Virus record (IMG/VR): IMGVR_UViG_3300034137_000025
Span: 1-60,847 of that record
Source: a virus
Taxonomy: Duplodnaviria > Caudoviricetes
Length of the DNA: 60,847 nt
Direction: 5' to 3' (one strand)
A program made the translations under genes and the position numbers. The notes beneath the pieces were generated by a model. The model had not been told where the DNA came from and ran no database searches. It saw only the letters and a program-made list of their open reading frames with translations. Positions within the stretch are counted from its first letter, which is position 1. Every line of letters begins with the position of its first letter. This document shows positions 46,368 to 55,983 of this stretch, one piece after another.

Positions 46368-46426
46368 ATTTCGAAGCACCAATAGCCCGCCGCTGTGCGG
46401 GCTTTTTCATGCCTGGTTGAAAATAT

Positions 46427-46466
46427 ATTAGCAGTGCTGTTTAAAGACAATATCAGCAGTGCTAAT
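46427..46466. promoter_or_regulatory. OL/pL: two 15-bp operators
   Basis: ATTAGCAGTGCTGTT (46427) and ATCAGCAGTGCTAAT (46452) match the OR sites; terminator at 46384-46407 upstream. Confidence 0.85.
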
Positions 46467-46511
46467 TTACATCCATCGAAGCGGTCCTCACTCAGGGACC
46501 GGCGGAGATAC

Positions 46512-46520
46512 CGCTCTTTA
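46512..46520 (+). promoter_or_regulatory. boxA-like antitermination element
   Basis: CGCTCTTTA about 45 bp downstream of OL. Confidence 0.55.
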
Positions 46521-46986
46521 GCCACACAGCAACACCCTTGCCGGATAACCACCGGCCCAGCAGTACAGGCAGCGATGAGTCGGCCTTAACGACTCAGATG
46601 GGTGGCCACTACCCAGGGCGTGCAGCGTAAAGCGCCAAGACAAGTGTTCCAGCGGAAGAATCCGAAAGGCCGCGGCTGGAGAGAAAGATACACCGAATAT
46701 TTACGCCAACCCCCTTGAGCGGAGGATTCGCACCGATGCACCACTAAGCGATTCACCAGTGCGGCGCAGTAAGCCTGAAGGCTGCGCCCAATACCTGACA
46801 GGCAGCGGAAAGCAGGGCCGACAATGCGACCGCGCATTGGCCGTAAGGTAGGCCCACCCCGACGCATCAAGACATCGCTGATGCAGCAAGCCCGGTCCGA
46901 CGCCAGTTGCGGGACCGGGTCACAGATTTCACTGGCAGCCCTTCTCGCGAGGGGCTGACGGGAAATCAACAGCCCTGGAGGCCACC

Positions 46987-47409
46987 ATGAACGCAGCTTT
47001 GCAGATAGCACAATTGAACTACGACCGTGTATTGCCTCCTGAGGATAACGAGGCGGCAGATGTAGCGCGCAGCAACTGGCTATTTGAGTCAGCAGAGATG
47101 CTGATTCGCGGCAGTGACGTGATTTTCCAGCGGCGGATGCGCTCGCCTCAAAGCGTCAGCTACGCCGAGTTCGCCACAGCTGTTCAGGATCATCTGAATC
47201 AGCAGCAGATTGACGGCAATGATGACGAAGACTCGTTCGCACACCTAGTCATCGACGCGTTAGCTGGAGCGCCATGCAGGACACCAGCACTCAACCTGCT
47301 CGGAGAGTCGACCCACACCCACGGCAAGCTCTACGAGATAGCTGATGCCCTACTTGAGCCCTACGCCGATGACGCGCTGATCGCCAAGGCTGAGGACGAT
47401 GCGCTATGA
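46987..47409 (+). CDS. Early hypothetical phage protein
   Basis: GGAGG RBS; first gene of the pL operon. Confidence 0.75.
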   Translation: MNAALQIAQLNYDRVLPPEDNEAADVARSNWLFESAEMLIRGSDVIFQRRMRSPQSVSYAEFATAVQDHLNQQQIDGNDDEDSFAHLVIDALAGAPCRTPALNLLGESTHTHGKLYEIADALLEPYADDALIAKAEDDAL

Positions 47410-47600
47410 GTCGCCAAGCCATTGAAGCGGCCATTGCGGCAATACCCGGCCACTACAACCCCGATCTTGCCTCAGGCATCGCAGAGGGGCTGGTGATCGC
47501 CTACTTCACTTCGCAGGTTATCGACTCGGACAACTTCAAAGACTACTGCGCGCAGATCCTGGCCGAGAGCCAAGCGCGCCAACCAAGGAGAGCGGCATGA
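47406..47600 (+). CDS. Early hypothetical protein
   Basis: ATGA coupling on both sides. Confidence 0.65.
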   Translation: MSRQAIEAAIAAIPGHYNPDLASGIAEGLVIAYFTSQVIDSDNFKDYCAQILAESQARQPRRAA

Positions 47601-47776
47601 ATACTGCCCCGGTTAAAACGTTGATCGACGAGCAGGTTGAAGAGCTTGAAACCCGAACCCGACCAGCCCTGGTGCGTGGCACTTTCTCCCCGCATCGGGG
47701 CATGCGTGTGGCCGATCTGCCTTACCCCATCAAAGCGGACTGGCTCAAGCGCCGACCGATCAAGGTGTGGAGATGA
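47597..47776 (+). CDS. Early hypothetical protein (59 aa, not in the ORF track)
   Basis: MNTAPVKTLIDEQVEE...; AGGAG RBS; ATGA overlaps. Confidence 0.6.
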   Translation: MNTAPVKTLIDEQVEELETRTRPALVRGTFSPHRGMRVADLPYPIKADWLKRRPIKVWR

Positions 47777-47892
47777 CTGCCAATCAGCGCCGACGCCGCT
47801 TGGTGTTCTGGCGCGGCAGCTTCCCGGTCCTATTCGTGTTCACGATCGTATTCCTCGCGACCGCCCTGGCCGACCGCATCGCCCCGCTCTAA
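47773..47892 (+). CDS. 39-aa single-TM peptide (not in the ORF track)
   Basis: MTANQRRRRLVFWRGSFPVLFVFTIVFLATALADRIAPL. Confidence 0.55.
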   Translation: MTANQRRRRLVFWRGSFPVLFVFTIVFLATALADRIAPL

Positions 47893-47944
47893 CCCCCTAA
47901 TTTCACATATCACAGCGCCCCTCTCCGGTGGCGTGGAGAAGCTC

Positions 47945-48700
47945 ATGTCCGATTTGACCGTTAAGCAAAGTTTCAGCCTCACCCCGTCCTCTCTGACCGA
48001 AGCGATGGAGTTCGCAGGCATCCTCGCCAAGTCCACCATCGTGCCGAAAGAGTTCCTCGGAAACCCGGGCAACATTCTTGTCGCCATCCAGTGGGGCCTT
48101 GAGCTGGGGCTGCAACCGCTTCAGGCAATGCAGAACATCGCCGTCATCAACGGTCGCCCTGCCCTCTGGGGTGATGCAGTGATCGCCCTGGTGCGCGGCT
48201 CGACTCTTTGCGAATACGTGTACGAAGAGGACGACGGACATGTAGCAACCTGCCGCGTGAAGCGCCGGGGCGAGAACGAACAGGTCCGCACATTCAGCAT
48301 GGATGACGCCAAGATCGCCGGTTTGATGGGCAAGCAAGGGCCTTGGACCCAGCACCCGAAGCGTATGCGCCAGATGCGCGCCAGGGCGTTTGCATTGCGT
48401 GACGTGTTCCCTGATGTGCTGCGCGGTATGCCAGTTGCGGAAGAGCTGCAGGACATGCCGAAAGAGCGCGAGCCAGGCGCAGCGCTGGCGAGCGTTCAGA
48501 AGATTGCCGCACCGGTGGAGCTGCCAGCTTACGACGATGAAAAGTTTGAGGAGATGATCCCTAAGTGGCAAGAGGGGGTTGATGCCCGCAAGACTGACTC
48601 GGAAAGCCTGATCGCCTTCCTTGCTTCCAAATACGTGCTCAGCGAAGCGCAAATTGAGCGCATCAACAAAATGACACCTATTGAAGGGGCAGCCGCATGA
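47945..48700 (+). CDS. recT: RecT-like ssDNA annealing protein
   Basis: GLELGLQPLQAMQNIAVINGRP and PWTQHPKRM..RA. Confidence 0.8.
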   Translation: MSDLTVKQSFSLTPSSLTEAMEFAGILAKSTIVPKEFLGNPGNILVAIQWGLELGLQPLQAMQNIAVINGRPALWGDAVIALVRGSTLCEYVYEEDDGHVATCRVKRRGENEQVRTFSMDDAKIAGLMGKQGPWTQHPKRMRQMRARAFALRDVFPDVLRGMPVAEELQDMPKEREPGAALASVQKIAAPVELPAYDDEKFEEMIPKWQEGVDARKTDSESLIAFLASKYVLSEAQIERINKMTPIEGAAA

Positions 48701-50331
48701 AGATCCATAACGTTTCCCAAGGCAGCGCCGAGTGGCATGCCCTCCGCGCCCAGCACTTCACCGCGTCCGAAGCCCCGGCAATGATGGGCGCTTCGAAGTA
48801 CCAGACCCGCACCGAACTGCTTACCCAGAAGAAAACAGGCATCAGCCCGGACGTGACGCCGCAACAGCAGCGCATATTCGACAAGGGTCACGCCACCGAG
48901 GCTCTGGCCCGCCCGCTGGTTGAGGTGATGATCGGCGAAGAGCTTTACCCAATCGTCGGCAGCAAAGGGAATCTGTTGGCGTCGATGGATGGCGCAACCA
49001 TGATGTGCGACACGCTGTTCGAGCATAAGCTCTGGAACGAATCGCTTGTCGCCCGGGTGCGCACCGAGGATTTGGCGTCCCACTACTACTGGCAGCTTGA
49101 GCAGCAATTGTTGGTGAGTGGTGCCGAGCGAGTCATCTTCGTTTGCTCGGATGGCACCGAAGAGAACTTCGTTTCGATGGAATACCGCGCCGTCCCGGGT
49201 CGTGCCGAGCAATTGGTCGAAGGCTGGAAACAGTTTGAGGCTGACCTCGCCGGTCACTCTCCCGTCGATTCAGTGGTCGAAGCGGTCGGCAAGACACCGG
49301 ACAACCTGCCGGCGCTGCGCATCGAAGTAACCGGAATGGTCACCGCCAGCAACCTGGAGCAGTTCAAGGCGCATTCGCTGGCAGTGATCAGCGCCATCAA
49401 CACCGACCTCCAGACCGACCAGCACTTTGCTGATGCAGAGCAGACCGTGAAGTGGTGCGCCGGGGTGGAGGAAAAGCTGGCAGCGGCCAAGCAGCATGCT
49501 CTCAGCCAGACAGAAAGCATCGACGTGCTGTTCAGCACAATTGAAAGCATCAGCGAGCAGGTTCGGCAGAAACGTCTCGAACTCAACAAGCTGGTGACGG
49601 CACGCAAGAGCGCGATTCGCGAAGACATCGTGATGAGTGCGGCAAAGTCGCTGCAAAGTCATATCGACCAGATCAACTCGTCGCTGGGTGGCAAGGCGCG
49701 GCTACCGAAAGTGGCGGCGGACTTCGCCGGGGCCATCAAGGGCAAGAAGACAATCGCCAGCCTGCGGGATGCCGCCGACAGCGAGCTGGCCCGCGCCAAG
49801 ATCGAAGCCAGTCAACAGGGCGACAGCATCCGCTGCAACCTGAGCAGCCTGGACGAACTCGCCGCCGACTACACCTTCCTGTTCAACGACACCGAGCACC
49901 TGGTACTGAAGGCCAATGACGATCTGGTAGCGCTGGTCAAGGTTCGTATTTCCGAGCATCAGAAAGCCGAGGCCGTGAAGGAAGAGGCTCAACGAGAACG
50001 CATTCGCCAGGAAGAGAAACAGCGCCTTGAAGACGAGGCGGCTCGGGTCAGTGCTGAGGCCAAGCCAGCAACAAAAGTCGATCCTCCGCCGGTGGCGGCA
50101 GTGCCGGTATCCACCCGGGTCGCTGTCGCCCCTTCTGCGAAGGTTCCGGCGAAGGCGGTTCGGCTAGAAGCCAGGGTCACGGACATGGAAGCGCTGGTCA
50201 AGGCAGTTGCTGCCGGTAAGGCCCCTATTTCGGTCCTCACGGTCAACTGGCAAAACCTCGACGACCTAGTTGAGTCGCAAGGCTCTGAATTCAACATGCC
50301 GGGGGTGATTCTGGAGCAGGTGGCGGCATGA
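48697..50331 (+). CDS. YqaJ-like viral recombinase/exonuclease with a coiled-coil tail
   Basis: QGSAEWHALR..TASEA, GHATE, ASMDG, EHK, YYWQ. Confidence 0.9.
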   Translation: MKIHNVSQGSAEWHALRAQHFTASEAPAMMGASKYQTRTELLTQKKTGISPDVTPQQQRIFDKGHATEALARPLVEVMIGEELYPIVGSKGNLLASMDGATMMCDTLFEHKLWNESLVARVRTEDLASHYYWQLEQQLLVSGAERVIFVCSDGTEENFVSMEYRAVPGRAEQLVEGWKQFEADLAGHSPVDSVVEAVGKTPDNLPALRIEVTGMVTASNLEQFKAHSLAVISAINTDLQTDQHFADAEQTVKWCAGVEEKLAAAKQHALSQTESIDVLFSTIESISEQVRQKRLELNKLVTARKSAIREDIVMSAAKSLQSHIDQINSSLGGKARLPKVAADFAGAIKGKKTIASLRDAADSELARAKIEASQQGDSIRCNLSSLDELAADYTFLFNDTEHLVLKANDDLVALVKVRISEHQKAEAVKEEAQRERIRQEEKQRLEDEAARVSAEAKPATKVDPPPVAAVPVSTRVAVAPSAKVPAKAVRLEARVTDMEALVKAVAAGKAPISVLTVNWQNLDDLVESQGSEFNMPGVILEQVAA

Positions 50332-50903
50332 TCAGCATGGAGCTGAGCAGTGTTCAGCACAACACGCAGAGATCAGCAGTTCTGTCCGTTGCCATGGAAA
50401 GCTTCCTCGCCAATGGCGGCACCATATCCACCCTGGAAGGTTTCGTGCAGAAGCCGAAGCCGCCTGCTGTGCCGTACGGACGCAAACCCACGCCTGCACC
50501 GAAGCCTGTAATCGATGCGCCGAGAAAGCTCAAGCGGCGCGCCGCTGTGCCGCGCATCAAGATCGCCCAGCTCATCAAGGACCGGGTCAGCGCCTTGGCG
50601 CCGGATATGACCAAGCAAGAGATCGTGAGAGCTACCGGCTTGAGCGAATACATGCTGAACCGGCTCGCGAAAGAATGCGGCATTGAGTACAAAAAACACG
50701 ACCCGACGCCATTCCTGAAACCGCCCCAGATCGACCCGATTGCAGATGCGATGAACGTCATCAGGGTCAAGGCGGCTCGTGACCAAGGCCTTGCGCGAAA
50801 GCAGGCGGCGGCCAGTTTGGGTATCAGCCGTACGTTAATTGATCGGTTGGTCGAGGATTACTGCATCGACTATCCCAAGCGGCCACCAGGTAAACGGCGT
50901 TGA
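50328..50903 (+). CDS. Phage protein with two HTH-like motifs
   Basis: FLANGGTI; KQAAASLGISRTL. Confidence 0.7.
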   Translation: MISMELSSVQHNTQRSAVLSVAMESFLANGGTISTLEGFVQKPKPPAVPYGRKPTPAPKPVIDAPRKLKRRAAVPRIKIAQLIKDRVSALAPDMTKQEIVRATGLSEYMLNRLAKECGIEYKKHDPTPFLKPPQIDPIADAMNVIRVKAARDQGLARKQAAASLGISRTLIDRLVEDYCIDYPKRPPGKRR

Positions 50904-50994
50904 AGCGCATGCAATCCCACGCCAACCAGCGCCGCCGCCCACTTCAACTGCAAATCCCACCCAGCGGGCTCTTGGCCCTGACGGAGAAACGCCC

Positions 50995-51342
50995 ATGTCT
51001 ACCGCAACAGATACCGCCGAGTTTCTTGAAGAGCTGAACGGCGGCGCCTTCGCCAGCCAGATCGGCCACGCCCTTTCCGAAGTAGCCGCCGGCGTAATCG
51101 ATCACGGCAAAGTCGGGAAGCTGGTCATCACGCTGGACTTCTCCCAGATCGGCGAATCGGCCCAGGTGAAGATCAAGCACAAGCTCGACTACAAGGTGCC
51201 GACCAAGCGCGGTACCCGCAGCGAGAACACCAGCCTCGACACGCCGATGCACGTCGGCAGCGGGGGCAAGATCTCGCTGTTTGCCGAGAAGCACGACCAG
51301 TTGTTTACCCGAGAACAGGCGCCGATCAACCCGCGCACCTGA
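50995..51342 (+). CDS. Conserved phage protein preceding DUF2303
   Basis: FLEELNGG and TPMHVGSGG. Confidence 0.8.
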   Translation: MSTATDTAEFLEELNGGAFASQIGHALSEVAAGVIDHGKVGKLVITLDFSQIGESAQVKIKHKLDYKVPTKRGTRSENTSLDTPMHVGSGGKISLFAEKHDQLFTREQAPINPRT

Positions 51343-51379
51343 TCCCCGCTGCACCCCTTTCCCATAGAGACCTGAAAAC

Positions 51380-52192
51380 ATGTCGCTAACAGCAGAAGCA
51401 ATTCAACTGATCACGGACACCGCGCTGATCGCCACGGCAAAAGCGCTGGATACCAACACGCCCACCGTGGTGCTGCCCGAAGGCGCGAAGATTGTCAGCC
51501 TTGAGCAGTACAGCGCCGGACGTAGCCGCTTCCGTGGCACCTTCTCCACCAACTCGCTGCTGGACTTCAGCAAATACGTGATCGACCGCAACGTCGCGGA
51601 TGCCCAAGGCTTCATCAACCAGGATGAAATGACCTGCTCGGTGTTGTTCAATCTGGGCACTGAAGAAGTGCCAGGCCACGCTGATGACCGTGCGGTGTTG
51701 AAGCTGAAAGCCACTGCTGGTTATCAGGCAGTGCAGGCAATCAGCGGCCGCGCAATGTCGCAGAAGGACATGAGCGACTGGATCGAGGACTGGCACAGCA
51801 CGCTGTCGGCTGTTGGTGAAGACCTGCAGAACATCAGCCTGGTCAAAGCCATCGCGGCGGTGCGCACGATCTCGATCAAGGCCACTTCGGAAAGCGATCA
51901 CACCGTCAGCGAGACCCGCGCCAGCCGCAGCGCGATGGATGCCATCGAGGCAACCAGCAAAGAAACCCTGCCTACGTCGCTGATCTTCTCAGTGGTGCCG
52001 TTCGAAGGCCTGGCGCTGCGCGAGATCATATTGCGTATCTCGGTCGTTACCAGTGGCCCGGTACCGGTGCTGAAGTTGCGCTGGGTCGGCGAGGAGGTGC
52101 AGCGCGAGGCGATCGCTCAAGAATTCAAGTCTGTGCTGGAAGATAAGATTGGGACAGCAGCGAAACTGGCTCTGGGTAGTTTCGCTGCTTAA
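51380..52192 (+). CDS. DUF2303/YfdQ-family protein
   Basis: RSRFRG, NLG..PGHAD, WIEDW, PFEGL. Confidence 0.88.
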   Translation: MSLTAEAIQLITDTALIATAKALDTNTPTVVLPEGAKIVSLEQYSAGRSRFRGTFSTNSLLDFSKYVIDRNVADAQGFINQDEMTCSVLFNLGTEEVPGHADDRAVLKLKATAGYQAVQAISGRAMSQKDMSDWIEDWHSTLSAVGEDLQNISLVKAIAAVRTISIKATSESDHTVSETRASRSAMDAIEATSKETLPTSLIFSVVPFEGLALREIILRISVVTSGPVPVLKLRWVGEEVQREAIAQEFKSVLEDKIGTAAKLALGSFAA

Positions 52193-52244
52193 TACTAACC
52201 CGCGCCTGCATGAGCTATGCTACCAACTGCCATGCAGGCGAGAG

Positions 52245-52965
52245 TTATTTTGGCTCAGGGGATGGAAGTGCTTTTCTTGGCTCTAAGTTCTTAAAAACCT
52301 TTTTAGCCCTGTATGGAATAATGTATGTGCCTATCAGAATATGCTCGATAACCTCCAGGGCCAAAAGCAGCTGATTTTTGGTAGGAGCTTTCCCTCTATG
52401 TGCCGCATGGTTACCCAAGACCCTTATCTTGTGGAGCGTCTGAACACCCTCTTCAGTAACCAACGATCGCGCATGAAGATTGTCGATTTTAAGCTCCAAA
52501 TTCCTACCCTTAGCCTCCACGTCGGAGCAGATAGTGTCCAGGATCGCTCGTATCCCAATGCCGCTGATTATCAACAAATCGTTATCTAGCGCGCTTCTAG
52601 TCTCGCGGTAGATTTGTTCAATATCAAACGGCAAAGAGGCATGATCGATAATTTTCGATCCAACAACCCGTCCAGGATAAAACGTAACAGTGGATACCCA
52701 GTATGCATCGCCGCTGTCATCGTGATCCCAATCCTCCGAGTTAGACGATTCGACTCGAAAGGATATTTCTTCACATCCTAAACATTGGATGATCTGGTTA
52801 TGCTCAGTCCACTCGACCGCATTGCCACCACCGCAATCTTCAAACCCCTCTTTCTGTATAGGTGGCGACAATCTTGTGATTCGAGCTCAAGCAACATTTC
52901 TTGCAAGGAAATTTCTGAGTTTCGCCATCAAGGGTTACATCGAATGTTTTAGTTATCGGCGCCAT
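52245..52965 (-). pseudogene. Zn-ribbon plus DUF4145 protein, frameshifted near 52850
   Basis: N-terminus MAPITK...CKKC (RBS GAAGGA) in one frame; CLGC and LHKIRVLGNHAAH in another. Confidence 0.75.
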
Positions 52966-52995
52966 ATGCGATTCCTTCGCGGTTTTTGCTAAACG

Positions 52996-53035
52996 ACACC
53001 AATACTCCACTTCAACGAATCACACCACACTGGCG
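52996..53035. repeat. 40-bp dispersed repeat, copy 1
   Basis: ACACCAATACTCCACTTCAACGAATCACACCACACTGGCG; 36/40 identical to 54098-54137. Confidence 0.85.
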
Positions 53036-53055
53036 TCAATGCACGATCGATTCAC

Positions 53056-53287
53056 GGGAAGCCCTGGCTAAGCTGATGGAATGGGCTGGCTCGAACAGCA
53101 AGGTGAGGCGCTGACGTTGATGATCCATCATCTGCACGGGCTGGGTGCTGCTCGGTGCCTGCCCCTGCTTTCGCCGCCGCGCCACGTTTTCGTACTAACG
53201 GAATGTGTGGCGCTTGAGTTTCGCAACAAAAGCCTACTGGCAATCATGAAAGACCCGGGCGACGAGATTATTGAGCCTCAGTATTGA
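53056..53287 (+). pseudogene. Truncated, frameshifted remnant of a phage early protein
   Basis: REALAKLMEWAG and EQQGEALTLMIHHLH lie in different frames; no start codon with RBS. Confidence 0.55.
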
Positions 53288-53290
53288 CGT

Positions 53291-53581
53291 CTACTTGAGA
53301 GAGTTTCGATCAGTGAAGACATTACCGCGGACAGATGGCGCGTAGACTTCGGTCGCGCCCATCAGGCTAGCATTCACAAGCTCCACCATCACAGCCGCCT
53401 TAGTTAAGCCGCAACCAGGCAGTAGCTCGTAATTTTTTTTGGAAATCCTATCTATCTGCATTTCGTATTTTTCTTCGCTATCGCAGATCAAGGAACCCTT
53501 CTGAAGCATGTGCGCCGCCGCGCTGGACTCAGCACCCACAAGGAAGGCAGACAGCCCGGTGACAGCTAGAAAAAACCTCAT
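53291..53581 (-). CDS. Small secreted protein with two Cys
   Basis: AAGGAG RBS; signal peptide. Confidence 0.7.
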   Translation of the reverse strand: MRFFLAVTGLSAFLVGAESSAAAHMLQKGSLICDSEEKYEMQIDRISKKNYELLPGCGLTKAAVMVELVNASLMGATEVYAPSVRGNVFTDRNSLK

Positions 53582-53695
53582 TGACTCACTCCTTTGATCC
53601 GGCTCCATGCCGGTCACCCGTAATACCCCAACTCAAACCAAATAGCCACTATGTCGCATCCGGTCACGGAGGGCGGCGCATGCACTCGAGGTAAC

Positions 53696-54061
53696 TCAGT
53701 TTCTACCAAACAAATCTTCAACGATAAGCGCAGGTATGCGGGCGAAGCCGGCAGCAATAGACAGATGATAGCGATGATAACCATCGAAAAGCGCATATCT
53801 GAATTCAGTATTCCTGCCTACGATTGGGTAGACCTCAATGGGCGGAATCTCAGCGCCAGATAGCATGCCTTGAACGATTGATTCAGCTCTATCGATATTT
53901 AGAAGGGAGACGTCGGGCTTTCTTTCGGGCGGCCGTATGTCTTCGAGGGCGAGGAGAAACACGATATCTCGAGCGCTTTCCCATAAGTAGCTTTCTGAAT
54001 CGCATGGCCTCTTGATGCCTGCTTGGGTGAGGATCTGTCTGGCTTGAACGCGTACGTCCAT
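53696..54061 (-). CDS. Stand-alone ParB/Srx-like domain protein
   Basis: IPPIEV...YALFDGYHRY...IPA. Confidence 0.75.
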   Translation of the reverse strand: MDVRVQARQILTQAGIKRPCDSESYLWESARDIVFLLALEDIRPPERKPDVSLLNIDRAESIVQGMLSGAEIPPIEVYPIVGRNTEFRYALFDGYHRYHLSIAAGFARIPALIVEDLFGRN

Positions 54062-54097
54062 TTGATACCACCTTAGGCCGGTCAAGTGCTGGTCAGC

Positions 54098-54137
54098 ACA
54101 CCATTACCCCACTTCAACGAATCACGCCACACCGGCG
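54098..54137. repeat. 40-bp dispersed repeat, copy 2
   Basis: ACACCATTACCCCACTTCAACGAATCACGCCACACCGGCG, followed by GAGG RBS and the ATG at 54148. Confidence 0.85.
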
Positions 54138-54147
54138 AGGATGATCT

Positions 54148-54477
54148 ATGTCCGTTCAGCACGCAGCGTTCACGAAGACTTTCACCGAGCCTGGCACGTT
54201 CCAGGCGCTCTACGCTGCACAGAGGTGGCTGGATGAAAACGGCTACAGCTACGGACCTGGCTCGGCAATGCATCCTGTCCCGGTCCTCAAAGGCGACTTC
54301 ATCATCGCCAAGTGGAAGAACCTGACCCGCAAGGAGATAGCCCAGCTCGACGGCAAGATCGACGGCAATTTCCGCGAAGGCCCGGTCACTGTGACGCTGA
54401 AGGTCGAGCCTCAGGCAATATCACTTTCGACACCACCTCAAGGCCCGAGACGCTTAAACCGTCCCCCTTTTGGGTAA
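54148..54477 (+). CDS. Phage hypothetical protein
   Basis: GTFQALYAAQRWL and IAKWKNL; phage-like codon usage. Confidence 0.75.
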   Translation: MSVQHAAFTKTFTEPGTFQALYAAQRWLDENGYSYGPGSAMHPVPVLKGDFIIAKWKNLTRKEIAQLDGKIDGNFREGPVTVTLKVEPQAISLSTPPQGPRRLNRPPFG

Positions 54478-54498
54478 ACATCGGCGCGGGCATGCTTC

Positions 54499-54780
54499 CT
54501 ACTTACACACACCGGTATTGAGGTAGTTGGTTACGGCCTTGATGTATGGCGAATTCTTGATCCACGTTGCATCTCGCATTGTCAGATCAACTGAGCCTCC
54601 ATTCTTATGGCCGACGATACTGGTGAATACCTGAGGTCCGGTCATGGTCTGCGGGCCGTATTCGATCCGGAATTCGTTCATTTTCGGATAAATAGCGCTG
54701 CGCACAATCCACTTGATGCAGTCACTGTCGCTGGGACCGCCGGCGGTCAGTTTGTAGTACACGTCATCGTGGCGCTTCAT
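54499..54780 (-). CDS. Hypothetical protein or remnant
   Basis: 93-aa ORF with weak RBS; in-frame stops upstream. Confidence 0.35.
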   Translation of the reverse strand: MKRHDDVYYKLTAGGPSDSDCIKWIVRSAIYPKMNEFRIEYGPQTMTGPQVFTSIVGHKNGGSVDLTMRDATWIKNSPYIKAVTNYLNTGVCK

Positions 54781-55022
54781 TTGGATAACAATGAGTGACA
54801 GCCACGCGCGGACCTAAAGGCGAGCATCGCCGACGTCAGCGATTTACACTCGCTCGCCCCTAGTCTGTAACAACCGGTCAAACGAATCACTCAGAATTAC
54901 GAGACGAACGAAAGAGATCCTAAAGCAAGTCTGGAACCTTGCTCATCAACTGGACAGCACTAGTTAACGAACCTTCTCTGGCTACTACCATATCACTCGT
55001 GGCAATAGAACAACGCCTCCCG

Positions 55023-55352
55023 CTAGACCGGTATTATTGCCTTAACTAAGCCATCGATAGCGATGTCCAGCAAACGGTATGTTATTTTTTGAAGCTTTGC
55101 TAACACCTTAATATTTGCATTATTAGCTTCTATTTGCGCTATTTTCTTTCCCTTTTTAAGAACCAACATGACATCATCGTATTTTATTTTTCCTTCCGCA
55201 TAGTAAACCAATGTTTTTGCGGTCTGCTCAGCCATGAATTTTAAAAAATCATTTTCGTCTTTCTTCGCCTGTCCTAAAAGCTCTAGGAATTCCTCTTTCA
55301 TTGCTTTGAGAGACTCGTCCTTTATACCTTCAATAACGTCATCAATGTTCAT
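55023..55352 (-). CDS. AT-rich helical hypothetical protein
   Basis: Starts 9 bp after the lipoprotein stop; highly charged. Confidence 0.75.
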   Translation of the reverse strand: MNIDDVIEGIKDESLKAMKEEFLELLGQAKKDENDFLKFMAEQTAKTLVYYAEGKIKYDDVMLVLKKGKKIAQIEANNANIKVLAKLQKITYRLLDIAIDGLVKAIIPV

Positions 55353-55361
55353 CTTAAACCC

Positions 55362-55811
55362 CTACTTGCATTTAGCCTCTGGATGTGCGCACTCACCTAT
55401 AATCGCCCTATCATATGCCGGACCACTGACATCACGCATGCGATTAGCCTGCTCACGACTCAACACATAACGCCCGCGCCTAATGGCTTCAACATCGTCT
55501 GAAAATATTGAGTGCAAAATCATAATATTTGCAGTGCGCCATTGTTCATTCAAACTTCTGGAAAACTCAATCGCCTCTTGAAATTTCAACTCAAGGCTAT
55601 CGACAGCGGCATCAAATTCATGCCGATCATAGACATGACCGGGGGCAGCGGTTACATCATTTATCATTTTGATATGTGCCGCTTTGAGAGAGGTTAGATT
55701 TTGATGCGCGTCAGCGTTGTACCCCCCAATGAAAGTACAAGATATCAAAAGCAAAAGCATACTAAATATAACGCTAGCAGGACCTACCCGACCGACCCTA
55801 AGACTTAACAT
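55362..55811 (-). CDS. Putative lipoprotein
   Basis: AGGAG RBS; LLLLISC lipobox-like signal. Confidence 0.7.
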   Translation of the reverse strand: MLSLRVGRVGPASVIFSMLLLLISCTFIGGYNADAHQNLTSLKAAHIKMINDVTAAPGHVYDRHEFDAAVDSLELKFQEAIEFSRSLNEQWRTANIMILHSIFSDDVEAIRRGRYVLSREQANRMRDVSGPAYDRAIIGECAHPEAKCK

Positions 55812-55983
55812 ATCGCCCACTCCTGACTGAAGTGATAAAGGCGAATACTCCAAACTACCTTCGCTGCGGTGTTTACGATAGAAATTCCTAGCTAGCCTAA
55901 GCTCGCAACAGCAGAAATTTCTGATCTTAACTCATAGACTACGAGTTGGAATAATGCAACACAAATCGGAGGAACGGGCACAA

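Noticed and set aside
52996-54137. Integron attC sites or IS ends
   Set aside because: Direct repeats without GTTRRRY/RYYYAAC dyad structure; no integron integrase or transposase seen
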